From: Octopus vulgaris
Taxonomy: Eukaryota
Reading direction: 5' to 3'
DNA length: 64,000 nt
Assembly: GCA_951406725.2 (NCBI GenBank)
Contig: OX597822.1
Location: 40,424,001 to 40,488,000, forward strand
Shown here: positions 14,660 through 28,111 of the stretch, one piece after another
Position numbering within the stretch: position 1 is the stretch's first letter
Layout: every line of letters begins with the position of its first letter
Position numbers and translations under genes: made by a program
Notes under the pieces: model-generated
Databases searched by the model: none
Told to the model about the DNA's origin: nothing
The model's input: the letters and a program-made list of their open reading frames with translations, nothing else

Positions 14660-15000
14660 ACAGCTGAAAATTAGTGCAAACGAGAATACCTACGCTGAAC
14701 TATTGAGAAGTCTGCAGTTATTCTATCAAGATCACAAGATCAGTTAATACCTGTAATTATTGGAGCATTGAGATCTGCAACACACTGCCTAAATACCAAT
14801 CTTGAGAAATTAGGCTTCTCAAAACTAAAAAGGAGAAAGCTGACTCGAAAACTACAGATCCAAACTATCACTGGAACTGTAAAAATCTGTAAAACTTTCC
14901 AGAAGTTTAGCATTTAATTATATATGAGCATATCTAGATATGCAACTAAATGAATGAGAATATATACATAAAACAAAACATACAAATATGCACGTATATA
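14660..15000 (+). mobile_element. second 5'-truncated copy of the same RLE LINE, starting inside (CATA)n
   Basis: [23 protein letters not shown]...IIGAL...EKLGFSK; near-identical to 13445-13730; a short 5' stub also sits at 14519-14544 within the same (CATA)n. Confidence 0.8.
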
Positions 15001-15473
15001 CATATTATAATAGAGAAAGTTGCTTATTAATTAGGTATGTAACAGTTACTAAAAGAAAGCAATTATTAAAGGCTTGAATAAAATTTTTAACTAGATATCT
15101 TGTGATTTCTGGAAGAGATTTGAAACCACTACCTATATGCTGTATTACTACTTCTCAACACCCGTGCCTACTGAACCACCGAAGCAGCAACGATCTTAAT
15201 GAGAAAGAAAGAGAGAGAGTGGCTGATAAATATTTGGATTCATTTCTACGATTGAACTGCAACTGACTCTTGGCTCTTAAAGCCTCCCCCTCCATACATA
15301 CACACACTCACACACACACACATTTGTTTTAAGTCTTCTACCCATTTGAATTCGACCATACACCAGATAACATGTTAGGGCTTATGTTCCGAAATTTAAA
15401 TTTTGAATTTGTTTTAATTATAAAAATTACACCTCAGCTAAAAAAAAACATCTTTTGGCTTTCGAATACATTT

Positions 15474-15950
15474 TCTTTCTCTTTCTATATTTTTTGTTAA
15501 GTTACAATTTCTCTGTTTTGGTCTGTATTTTTCCAATCCTTTTTTCTTGTATCAAATAATGGACGAAAGCATTAAAAGAAATTAAATTCATATAGCCGAA
15601 CAAAATCAAAATATTAACTCTACTTTTTCCCTTTCCTTAATACTAACAAGAGCATAGTATGAGAAAGATTAGGCTGTTATTTCTAGCAAATTGAACAACC
15701 ACATAGAGTTGTCGATTGGCTCATTTGTTGATATGTATAAGTAACGAAAAACTAAGACACACGCACACACAAATAAAAATTTATGTGTGTGTGTGCGATA
15801 ATAAGTGCCACGTGGTGGAAATAAACGCAACTTTCTCTTTCTATACTTTTTTGTTAAGTTAGAATTTCTCTGTTTTCGTCAGGATTTTTCCAATTTCTTT
15901 TTTCTTGTACCAAGCAATTGACGAAAGTATTTGAAAAAGATTAAATTCAA
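15474..15950 (+). repeat. two ~120-bp direct repeats (15474-15590 and 15832-15950)
   Basis: tttctctttctata.tttttgttaagtta.aatttctctgtttt.gtc...gacgaaag...attaaattca in both. Confidence 0.85.
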
Positions 15951-16174
15951 AAATGTTAATTCTATTTTACCATTTACTTTTTCCTTTTCTACAATATAAT
16001 TAATTACCGTATCCTATATACTGTGTCCTTGCATATTAGGTGTGTATTTTAGAAATATTTTCACCTTTTAAACAAAAACTGTCTAATACATTCGAATACG
16101 TTTTTCAATTGAAACACTATGAATCATTTAGGAGATTTATTGCTTTAATAACAAGTTTTAAAATATGGATAATC

Positions 16175-16545
16175 GCATGAGGGATGCAGCACGAGAGCGT
16201 CAGCGTAGAAGGAGAGAATGGTTGCGCGAAGAATAGCGGGAGGAAATAAGGAATCAAAATCGCGCGAGGATGAGATAGAGAAGAAACGGTATAGGAGAGA
16301 AAGAAATCAGCAAAGGATAGAATAAATGATCTACGACCACAGAGAAGTGTTCTTTCAAATTTAGAGAGATAGAGATCAACAGAATCGAGAAAATATGAGT
16401 CAAGAGCAAAGGCAGCTGTACTTAGAAAATATGAGAAACAGAGCTGGATCTCTCTCGGCATACCAGCAAACCACAAAATTGCACCAACAAGCATTACCAC
16501 CACCACCTCAAGGCATTTTTCAAAATACGCCAGCCAAGATAAGTT
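16175..16545 (+). pseudogene. R/E-rich degenerate coding remnant, possibly a Helitron-type N-terminus
   Basis: DAARERQRRRREWLREE*REEIRNQNRARMR and ENMSQEQRQLYLENMRNRA with stops; compositional resemblance only. Confidence 0.3.
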
Positions 16546-16599
16546 AAAAATTGTCTAAAGTCGTAAGACGCCCGCTGTTTTTGTCCTGTTTACCATTCT

Positions 16600-16894
16600 T
16601 GTTTTTTATTTCTATTTTTTGTTTCTTGTATTTATATTCGTGTGGCATCCTGTCTTTGTTTCGTATACATTCGATCCTCTTTCCAAGAAAGCTAATGCCT
16701 GTGGCTTAGTTTTTCCTTGGGGCTGGCCGGTTCGGAGCGATATCGAGATTAAACAGCCGAAATTGCTAAGATGATCCGGTTCCCGATTGAAGATTAGAGG
16801 CTTCGAGTGACCCGTCAGTTTTTTTTTGTGTCGTCTCTTTGCGTGTTTTTGCGTTCTTGTCCCACTTTGTAATTTATATTTATATTTAATTTCT

Positions 16895-16897
<3 letters not shown>
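16600..16897 (+). mobile_element. (TA)n-terminated repeat family X, copy 1; 3' end duplicated at 16970-17052
   Basis: Homologous to the reverse complement of 50599-50925. Confidence 0.85.
16721..16802 (+). ncRNA. candidate non-circularly permuted hammerhead ribozyme
   Basis: agcga-TA-tcgaga ... cagcc-GAAA-ttgct ... tcccga-TTGAAGA-ttaga-ggct; helices I, II and III can all form. Confidence 0.5.
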
Positions 16898-16958
<61 letters not shown>

Positions 16959-17048
16959 TATATATATGTGTTTTTTTTTGTTCGTTTCTCTTGCGTGTTT
17001 TTGCGTTCTTGTCCCACTTTGTAATTTTATATTTTATATTTAATTTCT

Positions 17049-17247
<199 letters not shown>

Positions 17248-17335
17248 TATAGAAGGTTGAAAAGGAACACATGAGTTGATATATATGGAAAAAAAAGTCA
17301 AGGTGGAAAATGTTAAATAATTTTTTAAAAAACCT

Positions 17336-17376
17336 TTCAGTATCGGTTTCAGTCATTGAGACTTTTTCAACTGTAA
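17336..17376 (-). ncRNA. minimal type I hammerhead, U3:A8 core variant, in a (TA)n-flanked element (~17250-17537)
   Basis: cag-TTGAAAA-agtc-tcaat-gact-GAAA-ccga-TA-ctg. Confidence 0.6.
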
Positions 17377-18533
17377 GAATGGAAAACAATTAAATTTTGG
17401 AAAAATTAAAAGAAAAGTTTCTTAGAAGAATATTTGCATATTAATCAAATACAAGGGGCATTTTCCTTGTTTCTGTCTGTCTCTGTCTCTCTTGTTTACT
17501 CTTGTGGGTTCGGGGTCGAACCCACAAGAGTAAACAACGACCTCAAAAGTGAACCTACTCGCATCAAGATGTAGCTAGTCGACTTCGGTGGAATTTGAAC
17601 TCAGAACGTAACGGCAGACGAAATACCGCTAAGCGTTTCGACCGGCGCTTTGTCGTTGTCATTGTCGTCGTTACTGTTGTGGTTGTTATTGTTGTTGTTG
17701 TTGGTTTTGTTGTTGCTGTTGTTGTTGTTGTTGCTGCTGTGGCTGTTGTTGTTGTTGTTGCTGCTGCTGCTGCTGCTGCTGTTGTTGTTATTGTGAGTTT
17801 TGTCGTTGCTGTTCGAATTGTTACCGAGATTAATATTGTAGCTGTTGTTGATATCGTTCATTTTGTAACTGCTTCCGCTGCTGTACATACTGCCGTTGCT
17901 GCACCTGCTACTGCTCTTGTTGCGATTGTTGCTATTGTGTGATCCTAAATTAGCAACGTGTCCTATTTTAATTCGATAGAAACATGAATTGACTGAGGTT
18001 TGGCAGAAATTTCTTCCCTATAGAAAAAATTGATGTAGGATGGGAATTTACAAACTGCGAACTCCAAAACAATTTTATCCATTTAAGTCATCTCAAAGAC
18101 TAAAAGACAAACTTTGCTATTTTTTCCCTCCTCAATGTTTATGATTTACTATTAAGCTTGCCATTATCTGATTAGCTTTTACAACAAATCGCTGGAATTT
18201 AAGCCATTTATGGCATATTCTTCACACTTCATTAAGCTTCAAAAATCAAACAGTTGTTTGTGTGCGCATTTGCTTGGCGTTTGCGGAATGGTTGTAGCAG
18301 GTTTAAACGCATTGCAACTTGGATTTCTAAATACGATTTTTTTTTGTCATTGACAACTATAAACATAGTTGCACTTTAATGTGTGCGTGTGTGTGTGTAA
18401 GTGAGTGATTGTGCATTCATGCGTGCGATTACGCTGTCATAGATATATTTATACATACGTATATGTATGTGTTTATATGTGTGTGTGTGTATTTGTGCAT
18501 ATATGTATTTAAGTGTGTATTTATATATATACA

Positions 18534-18593
<60 letters not shown>

Positions 18594-18595
18594 AC

Positions 18596-18627
<32 letters not shown>

Positions 18628-18682
18628 GATATATATATGTATATATATGTATGTATTTATATATGCATATCCATGTATATAC

Positions 18683-18717
<35 letters not shown>

Positions 18718-18937
18718 GCATGTGTGTGTGAGAGAGTGTGTATGAGTGTATGTATATTCGTGGGTGCGTCTACGCTGACATATATATATATATTTACACA
18801 CACACACACACATATATCTATCTATCTATCTATCTATATATCTATCTATATATATATATATATATATATACATATACATAAAATGTGCATGTGCGTGTGT
18901 GTTTGTGTGTGTGCATGAGTGCGTGCGTGCGTTTGTT

Positions 18938-18991
<54 letters not shown>

Positions 18992-19734
18992 CGTGTGTGT
19001 GTGGGATATGAACATTATTTGAATATCATGAGCATTGCAACGTGGAATACTATTAGAGATACGGTAGCATCCACAGTTCATTACACACATGGAATTATTC
19101 CTTTACAAAACAAAAAAAAACAAAAACAAAGGAAAAGGCCACCACTACCACTACCACCACCACCACTAACAACAACAACAACAACAATAAAATTATCAAC
19201 AATTGCGAATAACGAGAAGAAGGTGAAGTATTTTTAACAACAAAGACCCATAATAACAGTAAAACAACGAAAATCAAAGCAGCCACATCAGAAAGAAGAG
19301 TTGCGTTTATTGAGAATAATAACAGTAAGAATGGAAGAAGAAAAGTGTGCAAAAATGCTTAAAAAGGAAAATGGCGACCGGCAATTTGATCGTTAATGGT
19401 AGAGAGCGAAAAAAAAATGTTTGATGTCTGAACGAATGTAACATTAAGATAGGATGGAATGCATATTCCCTAAAACTATAGCTAAGGATTTGAAACAGTA
19501 AACAGATTTGTTTGAAGATAGCAGGCTGAGAAATTCCTCGCAGGCAGAGAAGCGCAAACATGCGATTTTTCAGGTTTTACATAAAGCTTACATTTGAAAA
19601 GAAAAATGGTAAATAATTTGCAAATATATATGTGTGTGTGTGTGTGTGTATTTATATCTATTTACTTATATATTCATACATGTGTGTGCACGCGCGCGTG
19701 TGTGTGTGTGTGTGAGCCGCAAATATTTCAAGCA

Positions 19735-20021
19735 ACAGCAACAAGTGAAATAATTATGAGAACAGCTTCAACGAGAATGTAATACGTAATAAAGGAGATG
19801 ATGAGTATGGTAATAATAGGAATAATAATAATAATAGTAATACTAGTAATATTAATAATTATTAATATAATAATGATGATGATGATAATGATAATAGTAA
19901 CGATAATAATACTGATGATGATGATAATGGTAATAATATCAACAATATCAACAACAACAATAATATAATAATAATAATAATAATAATAATAGTAATAATA
20001 ATAATAATAATAATAATGGTA

Positions 20022-20085
<64 letters not shown>

Positions 20086-20200
20086 TGATGATGATGATAA
20101 TAAAAGGTGAGGATGGTGGTGATGTTGGTGGTGAAGATGATTATGATGATTATGAAGTTCATAATGACGATGAAGTAGGTGGTGATGGTGGTGAAAAAGT
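19735..20200. repeat. (AAT)n/(GAT)n trinucleotide field
   Basis: Direct observation. Confidence 0.95.
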
Positions 20201-20409
20201 GATGAATGATTTAAATGTGGTGACGCAAGGCCTGCGGATAAAGAAGCCATTCCAGTGGCTGATAAGAAAAACGTGTGTGACTTGGAATACTCGAAGATAA
20301 GGGCCACCACTTAAAGCTGGTCAAAGAAAACTGCACATCCAAAATTCTCGTAATTACCAAGGACAACCAGCCTCGGGTATGTGTTGAGAGTAGACCCATT
20401 GAATTGGAT

Positions 20410-20558
20410 TGTGTTTGATGAAAGGAAATAACCCGGAAATCGCGATACACAGATATTGTTTTGAGCTGAGTGGTGGTGCTAGATTCCCTTGCTCGAAAAT
20501 ATAAGGACATAGATCGTGTCGCATAGCCAGCTGGAGACGATGTTGCCTGGGGCTAAAT
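20410..20558 (+). ncRNA. degenerate minimal hammerhead followed by a conserved two-hairpin motif
   Basis: tgtgt-TTGATGA-aagg..cccg-GAAA-tcgcga-TA-caca, then ataaggacat-agatc-gtgtc..agcc...ggctaaat as at 30268-30330. Confidence 0.55.
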
Positions 20559-20803
20559 TACAGCATCATTCGTACTAAACCAGGACTGCCATGTTATGTT
20601 GGCGAACAATCTTTGCTCCATAAGTAGACTAGTTAGAGGACCCGGCAGCATAGCCAATGAAATGCATCGGTTCCACAAGTGGTAGATGTTTAGACGTTTC
20701 AGTCTTAATCAGACAACAACTAGAGTAAGTACAATGCTCAGGTGGTAAACTGTAACGAAGCAGATAAAAATGCTTAGCGGCATTTCGTCTGTCTTTACAA
20801 CTG

Positions 20804-20960
20804 AAGGCGCATGGCTTAGTGATTAGGCTGTTGCACTCACGCTTGAGAGATCGTGGTTTCAATATCTGGACCGGTTGAAGCGTTGTGTTTTTGAGTGAAA
20901 CATCTAATCTCTCGTTGCTCTGCGATCGCTTTGGCATCCGACGAGGGTTCCCCGTGCACC
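20804..20960 (+). mobile_element. SINE family B 5' part (diverged)
   Basis: gaaggcgcatggcttagtgattagg...gcgttgtgtttttgagtgaaaca. Confidence 0.7.
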
Positions 20961-21734
20961 TATTCGGAGACCGTCAATATGACGGAGAGAGGGAACTATT
21001 ATACAGAACATACATTTGATTACAATAAACAACTTATTTGTCAAGGTTATTCAAACAAGAAATAGCATAAGCGTCTTTCTTGAACTACAACAGACTACCA
21101 CCATATAAGTACACAGATGGGTAAGTATTGAACTTGTATGTGTATGTAAACAAGTAAAAACATGCAAATATGTATATACGTGTAAGTATAAAGCACAAAC
21201 GTGTGTGTGTCTGTGTACGTATGTCTGTGTGCGTGTGTCTGTGTGTGTGTCTGTGTATATGTGCACATGTCGTTTATAAATACATGCACATAAGCTAAAT
21301 GGCATTTATTAAGGGCTTACATTATCTGGATTATAAATGTTCCTCTTCGATATATATATAACAAGGCAAGTTCTGAGACAAAGTTCGAATTTTTTTTGCT
21401 TTGAAATGGACCACGTGTGACAGACAGCAGCCAAGGGAACTTCAAGTATCATCTATCTTTTCCCCTCCTCTCACTCTGTGCGTAGAGCCTGTGTGAATAT
21501 GTGTGTATACATGTATACACACACACGCACACACACGCATACATACATATATAAGAATTTCCACAATTTTCAAGGAATCTGCTTAAAAACTGGAAGTTTT
21601 TCCCATATGAAACCATTGGTAGCGTTGTTAATCCACCACGAAATAAAGAAAACTTATTTACCAATTGCAGTGTCAAGCACTCATTCTCACTGTTGGCTAC
21701 TATCGTATATATATATATATATATATATGCATGG

Positions 21735-22431
21735 TTTTTTTAAATTTAAATTTTTTAAGAGGTTTAATAAAGCACCATTTTTCGTCGCCAGTAACGATTC
21801 GGTAAAGAAACCGTTACTTGTGTCCATAAGTTCAGCGGTGACGAGCACGCAGACCAGCGGAGATTGTGGCTCGTTGATTTTTGTTGTTGTCATTTAAAGC
21901 ATGCGGAACCCATGCTCCATAATTCTGAACCTTTTCCATCGAGTAAAGATGCTCCTCTATAGCAGTGTGGGAGCATTCCATTTTCTCTGCCAGTTTCCTT
22001 GTCGTTTGACGAGAATTTTCGTGAAAAAGTTTGGTTTAATCGTTCTTCATCGAACTCAACTGGACGGCCAGAACGAAGTGCGTCTTTGAGGTCAAAATTT
22101 CCATATTTGAACTTGGCATACCAATCACTAGTGGTTCTTTCAGATATGGCCTCCTCTCCATACACATCACAAATATTGTGAGCAGATTTTGCGGCCCTAG
22201 AACCTTAATTAAAAGCAAAAAGAAGGTGTCGAAAATGCTCGTTTTTCTTAACTTGGCTTTCCATTTTAATGGTCTGAAAATAAACAAAAATTAACTAAAA
22301 TTAACTAGAAAAAAAATAGATTCCAAAATGATTCAAAAATAGAATTCTCGAGAAAAATAGATTCCAAAATTCATAAACACAATAAATACCAAAATTTAAA
22401 AAAGCCGCGGGAACTTATTTGTCAACCCCAT
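21735..22431 (-). mobile_element. mariner transposon 5' half (frameshifted transposase)
   Basis: TIR ggggttgacaaataagttcccgcggc next to TA; ICDVYGEEAISERT..WYAKFK.GNFDLKDA.RSGRP HTH, WVPHAL motif, IVTGDEKW first catalytic Asp. Confidence 0.9.
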
Positions 22432-22454
22432 ATATATATATATATATATATATA

Positions 22455-22667
22455 CTCTTTTACTCTTTTAATTGTTTCAGTCATTTGACTGTGACCATAG
22501 TGGAGCACCGCCTTCAGTCGAGCAAATCGACCCCAGGACTCATTCGTTGTAAGCCTAGTACTTATTCTATCGGTCTCTTTTGCCGAACCGCTAAGTTATG
22601 GGGACGTATACACACCAGCATAGGTTGTCAAGCGATGTTGGGGAGACAAACACAAACACACAAACAT

Positions 22668-22734
<67 letters not shown>

Positions 22735-22832
22735 CGACGTTCTTCTTTCAGTTTCCGTCTACCAAATCCACTCACAAGCCTTTGGTTGGCCCCAGGCTAT
22801 ATTTAGAAGACACTTGGCCAAGGTGCCATGCG
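22455..22832 (-). mobile_element. SINE family A (5'-truncated) with expanded internal (CA)n
   Basis: Family consensus match. Confidence 0.9.
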
Positions 22833-23059
22833 CAGAAATATTAGCACATATCTAAAAAGGTGTGTGAATGAATCTGTGCATGTGTAAACGTGCGTATGTC
22901 TTTATATATATGCATATTTGATTGCACATGCAAACGTGTACACATTCGTGTCTGCATATTTATTCGTGTCTGTATGTTTATAGTTGTCTGCACTAATAAA
23001 ACCTCTATACCTTACGGTTACTTTTGAACGAGCATTGAATTTGCAATCTCCAAAAAGAA

Positions 23060-23240
23060 AATTACGTTGTTATCTCTATGGCAACTTGTCACGCGAATAT
23101 GCGAACAACTTCACACATTTCAACCGTTTCAGACCGCATTCCTCGTCGGTACTTAATATACAAAATGGAAAGTATTTCAACTCACTGTAAATGATACTAT
23201 TACATCACTTCCTTCTCCTTTAAAAATGGCCGCCTTTAAT
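23060..23240 (-). promoter_or_regulatory. candidate promoter/first non-coding exon
   Basis: Unique CpG-containing sequence with a YY1-like AAAATGGCCGCC (23223-23234), ETS-like CACTTCC, X-box-like ATCTCTATGGCAAC (~23072-23085) and a minus-strand GTGAGT donor at 23185-23180. Confidence 0.35.
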
Positions 23241-23348
23241 TTTTTGACGTGCTCTATTCCTTTACTATATCATCGCTCCACTCTCTGCCCTCGCATTTTT
23301 TTTCTGTCATGTGCATGCTTAGTAAAAGAACACGAAGGAGAGGTTAAG

Positions 23349-23406
<58 letters not shown>

Positions 23407-23841
23407 AGTGAGTGACAAGCGGAGAAAGTGATAGCTTTACTAATCACTATGGCGAATATAATTCAGTGCGTATTTTATTTCCCCAAAGAGATCAATGACG
23501 TCGCGTGAAGGGAAGTAACAGATATGAAGAAAAAGAAACAACTCAAAAACAGTAGATAAACGTGAAGAAAAGTCAACAAAAATGGGACACAAAATGAAGA
23601 AGAGAATTGCGGATTTCCATTCCGAATTCTACGAACAAATTACATTTGTGTAGCAAGAAATTTCCCACAACCCTAATTTAGCCGTCAAAGAAATTCGTAT
23701 AGGCAACAGATATGTAGGAAAATCATAACTATAGTGTATGTGTATATGTGTGTGTGAACATGTATGTATGTGTGTGTATTTGTGTATATGTGTGTGCGTG
23801 AACTTGTGCTTGTGTGTTTGTAGGTGTGTGAATATGTGTGC

Positions 23842-23889
<48 letters not shown>

Positions 23890-24090
23890 ATGGAGAGAGT
23901 TGTGAGAGCTGATGGAGTAAGAGAGAATTCTGAAGAAACGCATAAGCAAATAGAGAAGGAAGAGAGAGAAAGAGAGAGTGAGAGTGAGAGTGAGAGAGAG
24001 AGAGAAATGCTGAGAGGTTGTGATAAGAAAAGTACATAAGGACAAATGAGAAAGGAGGAGAGAGATAGGGAGAGAGAGAAGAAGAAGAAG

Positions 24091-24122
<32 letters not shown>

Positions 24123-24910
24123 GAAGAAGAAGAAGAAGAAGAAGAAGAAGAAAGCTGTGAGAAGAATAGTAAATGGGAAAGTGATGAAAGAGAGCTGAGC
24201 GTCGAGAGTGGAAGGAAGAGGCGAATGAAGAGAACAGCGTGAGAGAAAGAGAGAGGTAGAGAGAGAGAGAGGTAGAGAGAGACAGACAAAGGCAGAACGG
24301 TAAAAAAAAGCATGAAGAAGGGGAGGACAATTAAAAAAGAGTGGTGGTGTGAGATAGAACATTAGTAATTATAAAGAGATGTTGCAATAGAGAAAGAATG
24401 AATAAGGTCGGAGAGGTTAGGAATTGAGTAAGTGCAAATAGAGAGAAACAAAGAGATCAAGATAGAGGGGATACAGGGGAGAGAAACAGAGATCGACTGG
24501 TGATAGTGGGAGTGATATATAAAGGGGGGGAGAGAGAGGTATATTGATAGTGGGAGGAGAGTGATATTGAGAGGTTGGTGTATTAACAAAATGACGGAGA
24601 CGGACGATATCATTACTACAGAAACAAATTTTATTTAATTTGCTTTGCAGGAGTAACTGTTTTGACGAAGACGCATCTTGTCCCAAAGCTCGAAATGCGT
24701 AGTAGATAAAACAGTTGGCAACTGATGAGGGGACTGTCCTTCATGTTGCCTGTCATGTTTTTTTTTATTTGTTTCTTTCGTTGGTCGCAAAAAAAGTTCG
24801 TTTTCCATGTTTTTGTATTTCATGTTCTCGTTCATGTTTACGTTTTTTGACGTCTTGTACCCATATATGCATGTGTACATACATATATATGTAAGTCTAT
24901 ATGTATGGAT

Positions 24911-24978
<68 letters not shown>

Positions 24979-24997
24979 ATATCTATATATCTATCTA

Positions 24998-25034
<37 letters not shown>

Positions 25035-25306
25035 CACGTAAATGTCGAACATTGAAAATGAGCTCTCAACATTTCATTGGTGGATATAATTTCTTTATTC
25101 GTGAATTAAGACTACTATTGGTTTCATGTTACGAAAAGTAGGAAACTATCTTGATATCGTAACAATTTTTCAAGCCGATCACATGGAGGAATGGTGTTCA
25201 TCTCCATTTTGGACAAACACATATATATCACACACACTGGAACTCACCTCTCTCTCTCTTTCGCTCTGTTTCTTTCTCTCCTTTTTTCCCTCTTTTTCTG
25301 TGTGTG

Positions 25307-25443
<137 letters not shown>

Positions 25444-26489
25444 TGATTGATTGATTGATTGATTGATAGATAGATAGATAGATAGATAGATTGATTGATT
25501 GATTGATTGATAGATAGATAGATAAATAGATAGATATAGATATAGATATAAATGTGTATGTATGTATGTATGTATGTATGTGTGTGTGTGTGTATGTGTG
25601 TGTGTGTGTACAAATTTGGATTTATGATTTTAAATCTTTTCAATATCTCCTCAAAGAAAATCTACGCCTTGGTAAAACCAATGAACTTTACCTCGTCTAT
25701 TTTTGTATTCTGTTCACTACATATTGAAAATAATAATCCGTTACTATGAAAAATGTTCTGACGAAGAAATAGTTCCAGGAAAAATAAGTCGTTAAGTACA
25801 AACAAATTATTACCCGTCACCATGACAAGTGGAAATATACCGACTGCTGTGGGTCTCTGATGGGTCAACTGAAACTGTAAAGATATAAAAACGACTGCTT
25901 TATTTGTGCATTTTAAATATTTTTAATTCCATCATTCAAGTGAACAGAGCTCTGATATTGTAGGATAACTGACCAAAACACTCCAACTAATGAAGGAAAT
26001 GGAAGTGAGCATATAGTCCGTATAGGCGGCCTTTCAGTCCGTATAGGCGCCCTGAACCTACTGGTTTTCCAAATGGTTTAGTTTTCTTACTAATCTTCAT
26101 TTCTGCGTCATACTAAAGTCATTTGAACTTGATGGACAAGGTGTTATATAATATTTGCGCAATAAACCCACTGAAAACAGCAGAAGCAAAGTAGCATTGA
26201 TTTCATTGCTGTTACGTATGTCTCAACAAAACACATCATCGTGATCTTCTTATCATTGTCGGGCATGGATGTAGACATTGCGTAAAATCCCCATCTCAAT
26301 ATGTTCAAATGCTTCGAGACATTGTAGAACGCATTACTTTGTCTTCACCAGTTAATCTGAATATTGCTTTTCGATAAAATCTATATAGCTTTATGACATT
26401 CTTTGATCATGTAGGAGACAAAGCCAGTTTGGGTTACATCTCTTCACCACAACGCTGGCAATGACCAGTGACTACCATTAAGACGCCGG

Positions 26490-26700
26490 AAGCGAGTTCG
26501 TTGGATCGTTAGTTAATCGGTCAAAATGCTTAGCGGCATTTTTCCGATTTTTTACATTCTGGTTTCAAATTCCACCGAGGTCGACTTTACGTTTCATCCA
26601 TTCAGGCGTGACAACTTAAATACCGGTTGAGCCCTGGCGGGCTCAAGTACCAGTTGATCCCCTAAAACGCCAAGCCATGTACCTATAGTAGAAAGAAAAG
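26490..26700 (+). mobile_element. SINE family C
   Basis: aaaatgcttagcggcattt...ttcaaattccaccgaggtcgacttt. Confidence 0.8.
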
Positions 26701-27956
26701 TATATTAAGACACAAGATCAAAGGGCGTCTGATCTGATCCTACCAGAAGTAGAACATCTGGAAAAATAAATTGCTGGCCTGCATTACGTAATATTTTTTG
26801 TGTGAAATGTTTCAACAATATTCTTTAAAACTTGGAATTGTGACGTCCATTAAATCAATAAAACACAGTACCGATAAACTGTTTTCAAAACGATACCCAG
26901 AGCCAAATCAGTGTTTATAGAATAGCAATTGGGGAGTAATTCAAGCAAGAAGGCATTTAAAATATGTCTGAACGATATTTTTAAAGCTCAAAGTATTAGT
27001 TAAAAACTATGATGGACAAGAAGAAGAAATAATGGAAGAATTAGAGAAATTATGCAGGTCCATGAATCTAGAAGAAAACGGCCGATATGGAAAGGTATTG
27101 ACAAGATTAATGGTAAGAAAATAAAACGAATCTCAATAGTAACAACAAATTATTAAATGTTCCAACAACTATCTGCAGTATGGAACCGATAAGCGATCTA
27201 TCTAATTCATCTCAAAGATTCACTGAACCAATTGATAAGAAGAATTACAAGCAGCGACAAGTAAAACTGTTTGTCGAAAACCTGCTCGACCAGACGGAAT
27301 TCCATCAGATCTGCTACAGATTTTTTTCTTATGCCAATTATTAATTCCATAATCATTGCAGATAACCTGGCAGAAGAATGGAGAAAGTCTGTAATAGTAG
27401 CATTCACCAAGACAGGAAATAGCAATGTTCCAGAAAATCAAAGAAGATTATCACACATCTTTAATCGAGTGCTATTCAAGCTATGCACAAGAAAGCAGGA
27501 ATTAATTCTAAATTTTCAGTCTGGCTCTAGGCCAGACAGTTATGCTACGAAGCAAAATACTATCATTAAGAATATTTATCGATGGCTGCTTCACAAGAGA
27601 ACACAATCTTGTGATAGCCTTTGTGGACTTTTCTTAAGACAGTTTAACTCTTAGCAAGGCACCCAGTCGAAATATCCTAAGTTCCTATGAAATATCGAAT
27701 TCATCAACGTTAATATACCCTTATATACGAAAACTAATGCTTGTAGCTTGTATTCGTAGCAACAGAAGATCTTAGATATTTTCAGGCATCACCAGAGAGT
27801 TGCTCTTCATAATTTTCGAAGACTATGTAATATAGATATTTCAACAAGAACACGGATACATTGTCAGGAAGGAACAATCTAATGGTTATCATTAATAACT
27901 GTAGACAACATAGTAGACAACATTGTACTTTTAAGAAATGATTATTATTATGTCCG

Positions 27957-28032
27957 TGGGCATATAGCATAGTGGTTAAGAGCGCGGACTACTAACCCCA
28001 AGATTCAGAGTTCGATTCCAGGCAGTGACCTA

Positions 28033-28111
<79 letters not shown>

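Noticed and set aside
24651-24710. Plus-strand exon after tttgctttgcag
   Set aside because: Good acceptor but no convincing donor, all frames stop quickly, no recognised homology
27957-28030. tRNA gene
   Set aside because: Acceptor and anticodon stems pair poorly, and it is the head of a repeated element (second copy at 29086-29158)
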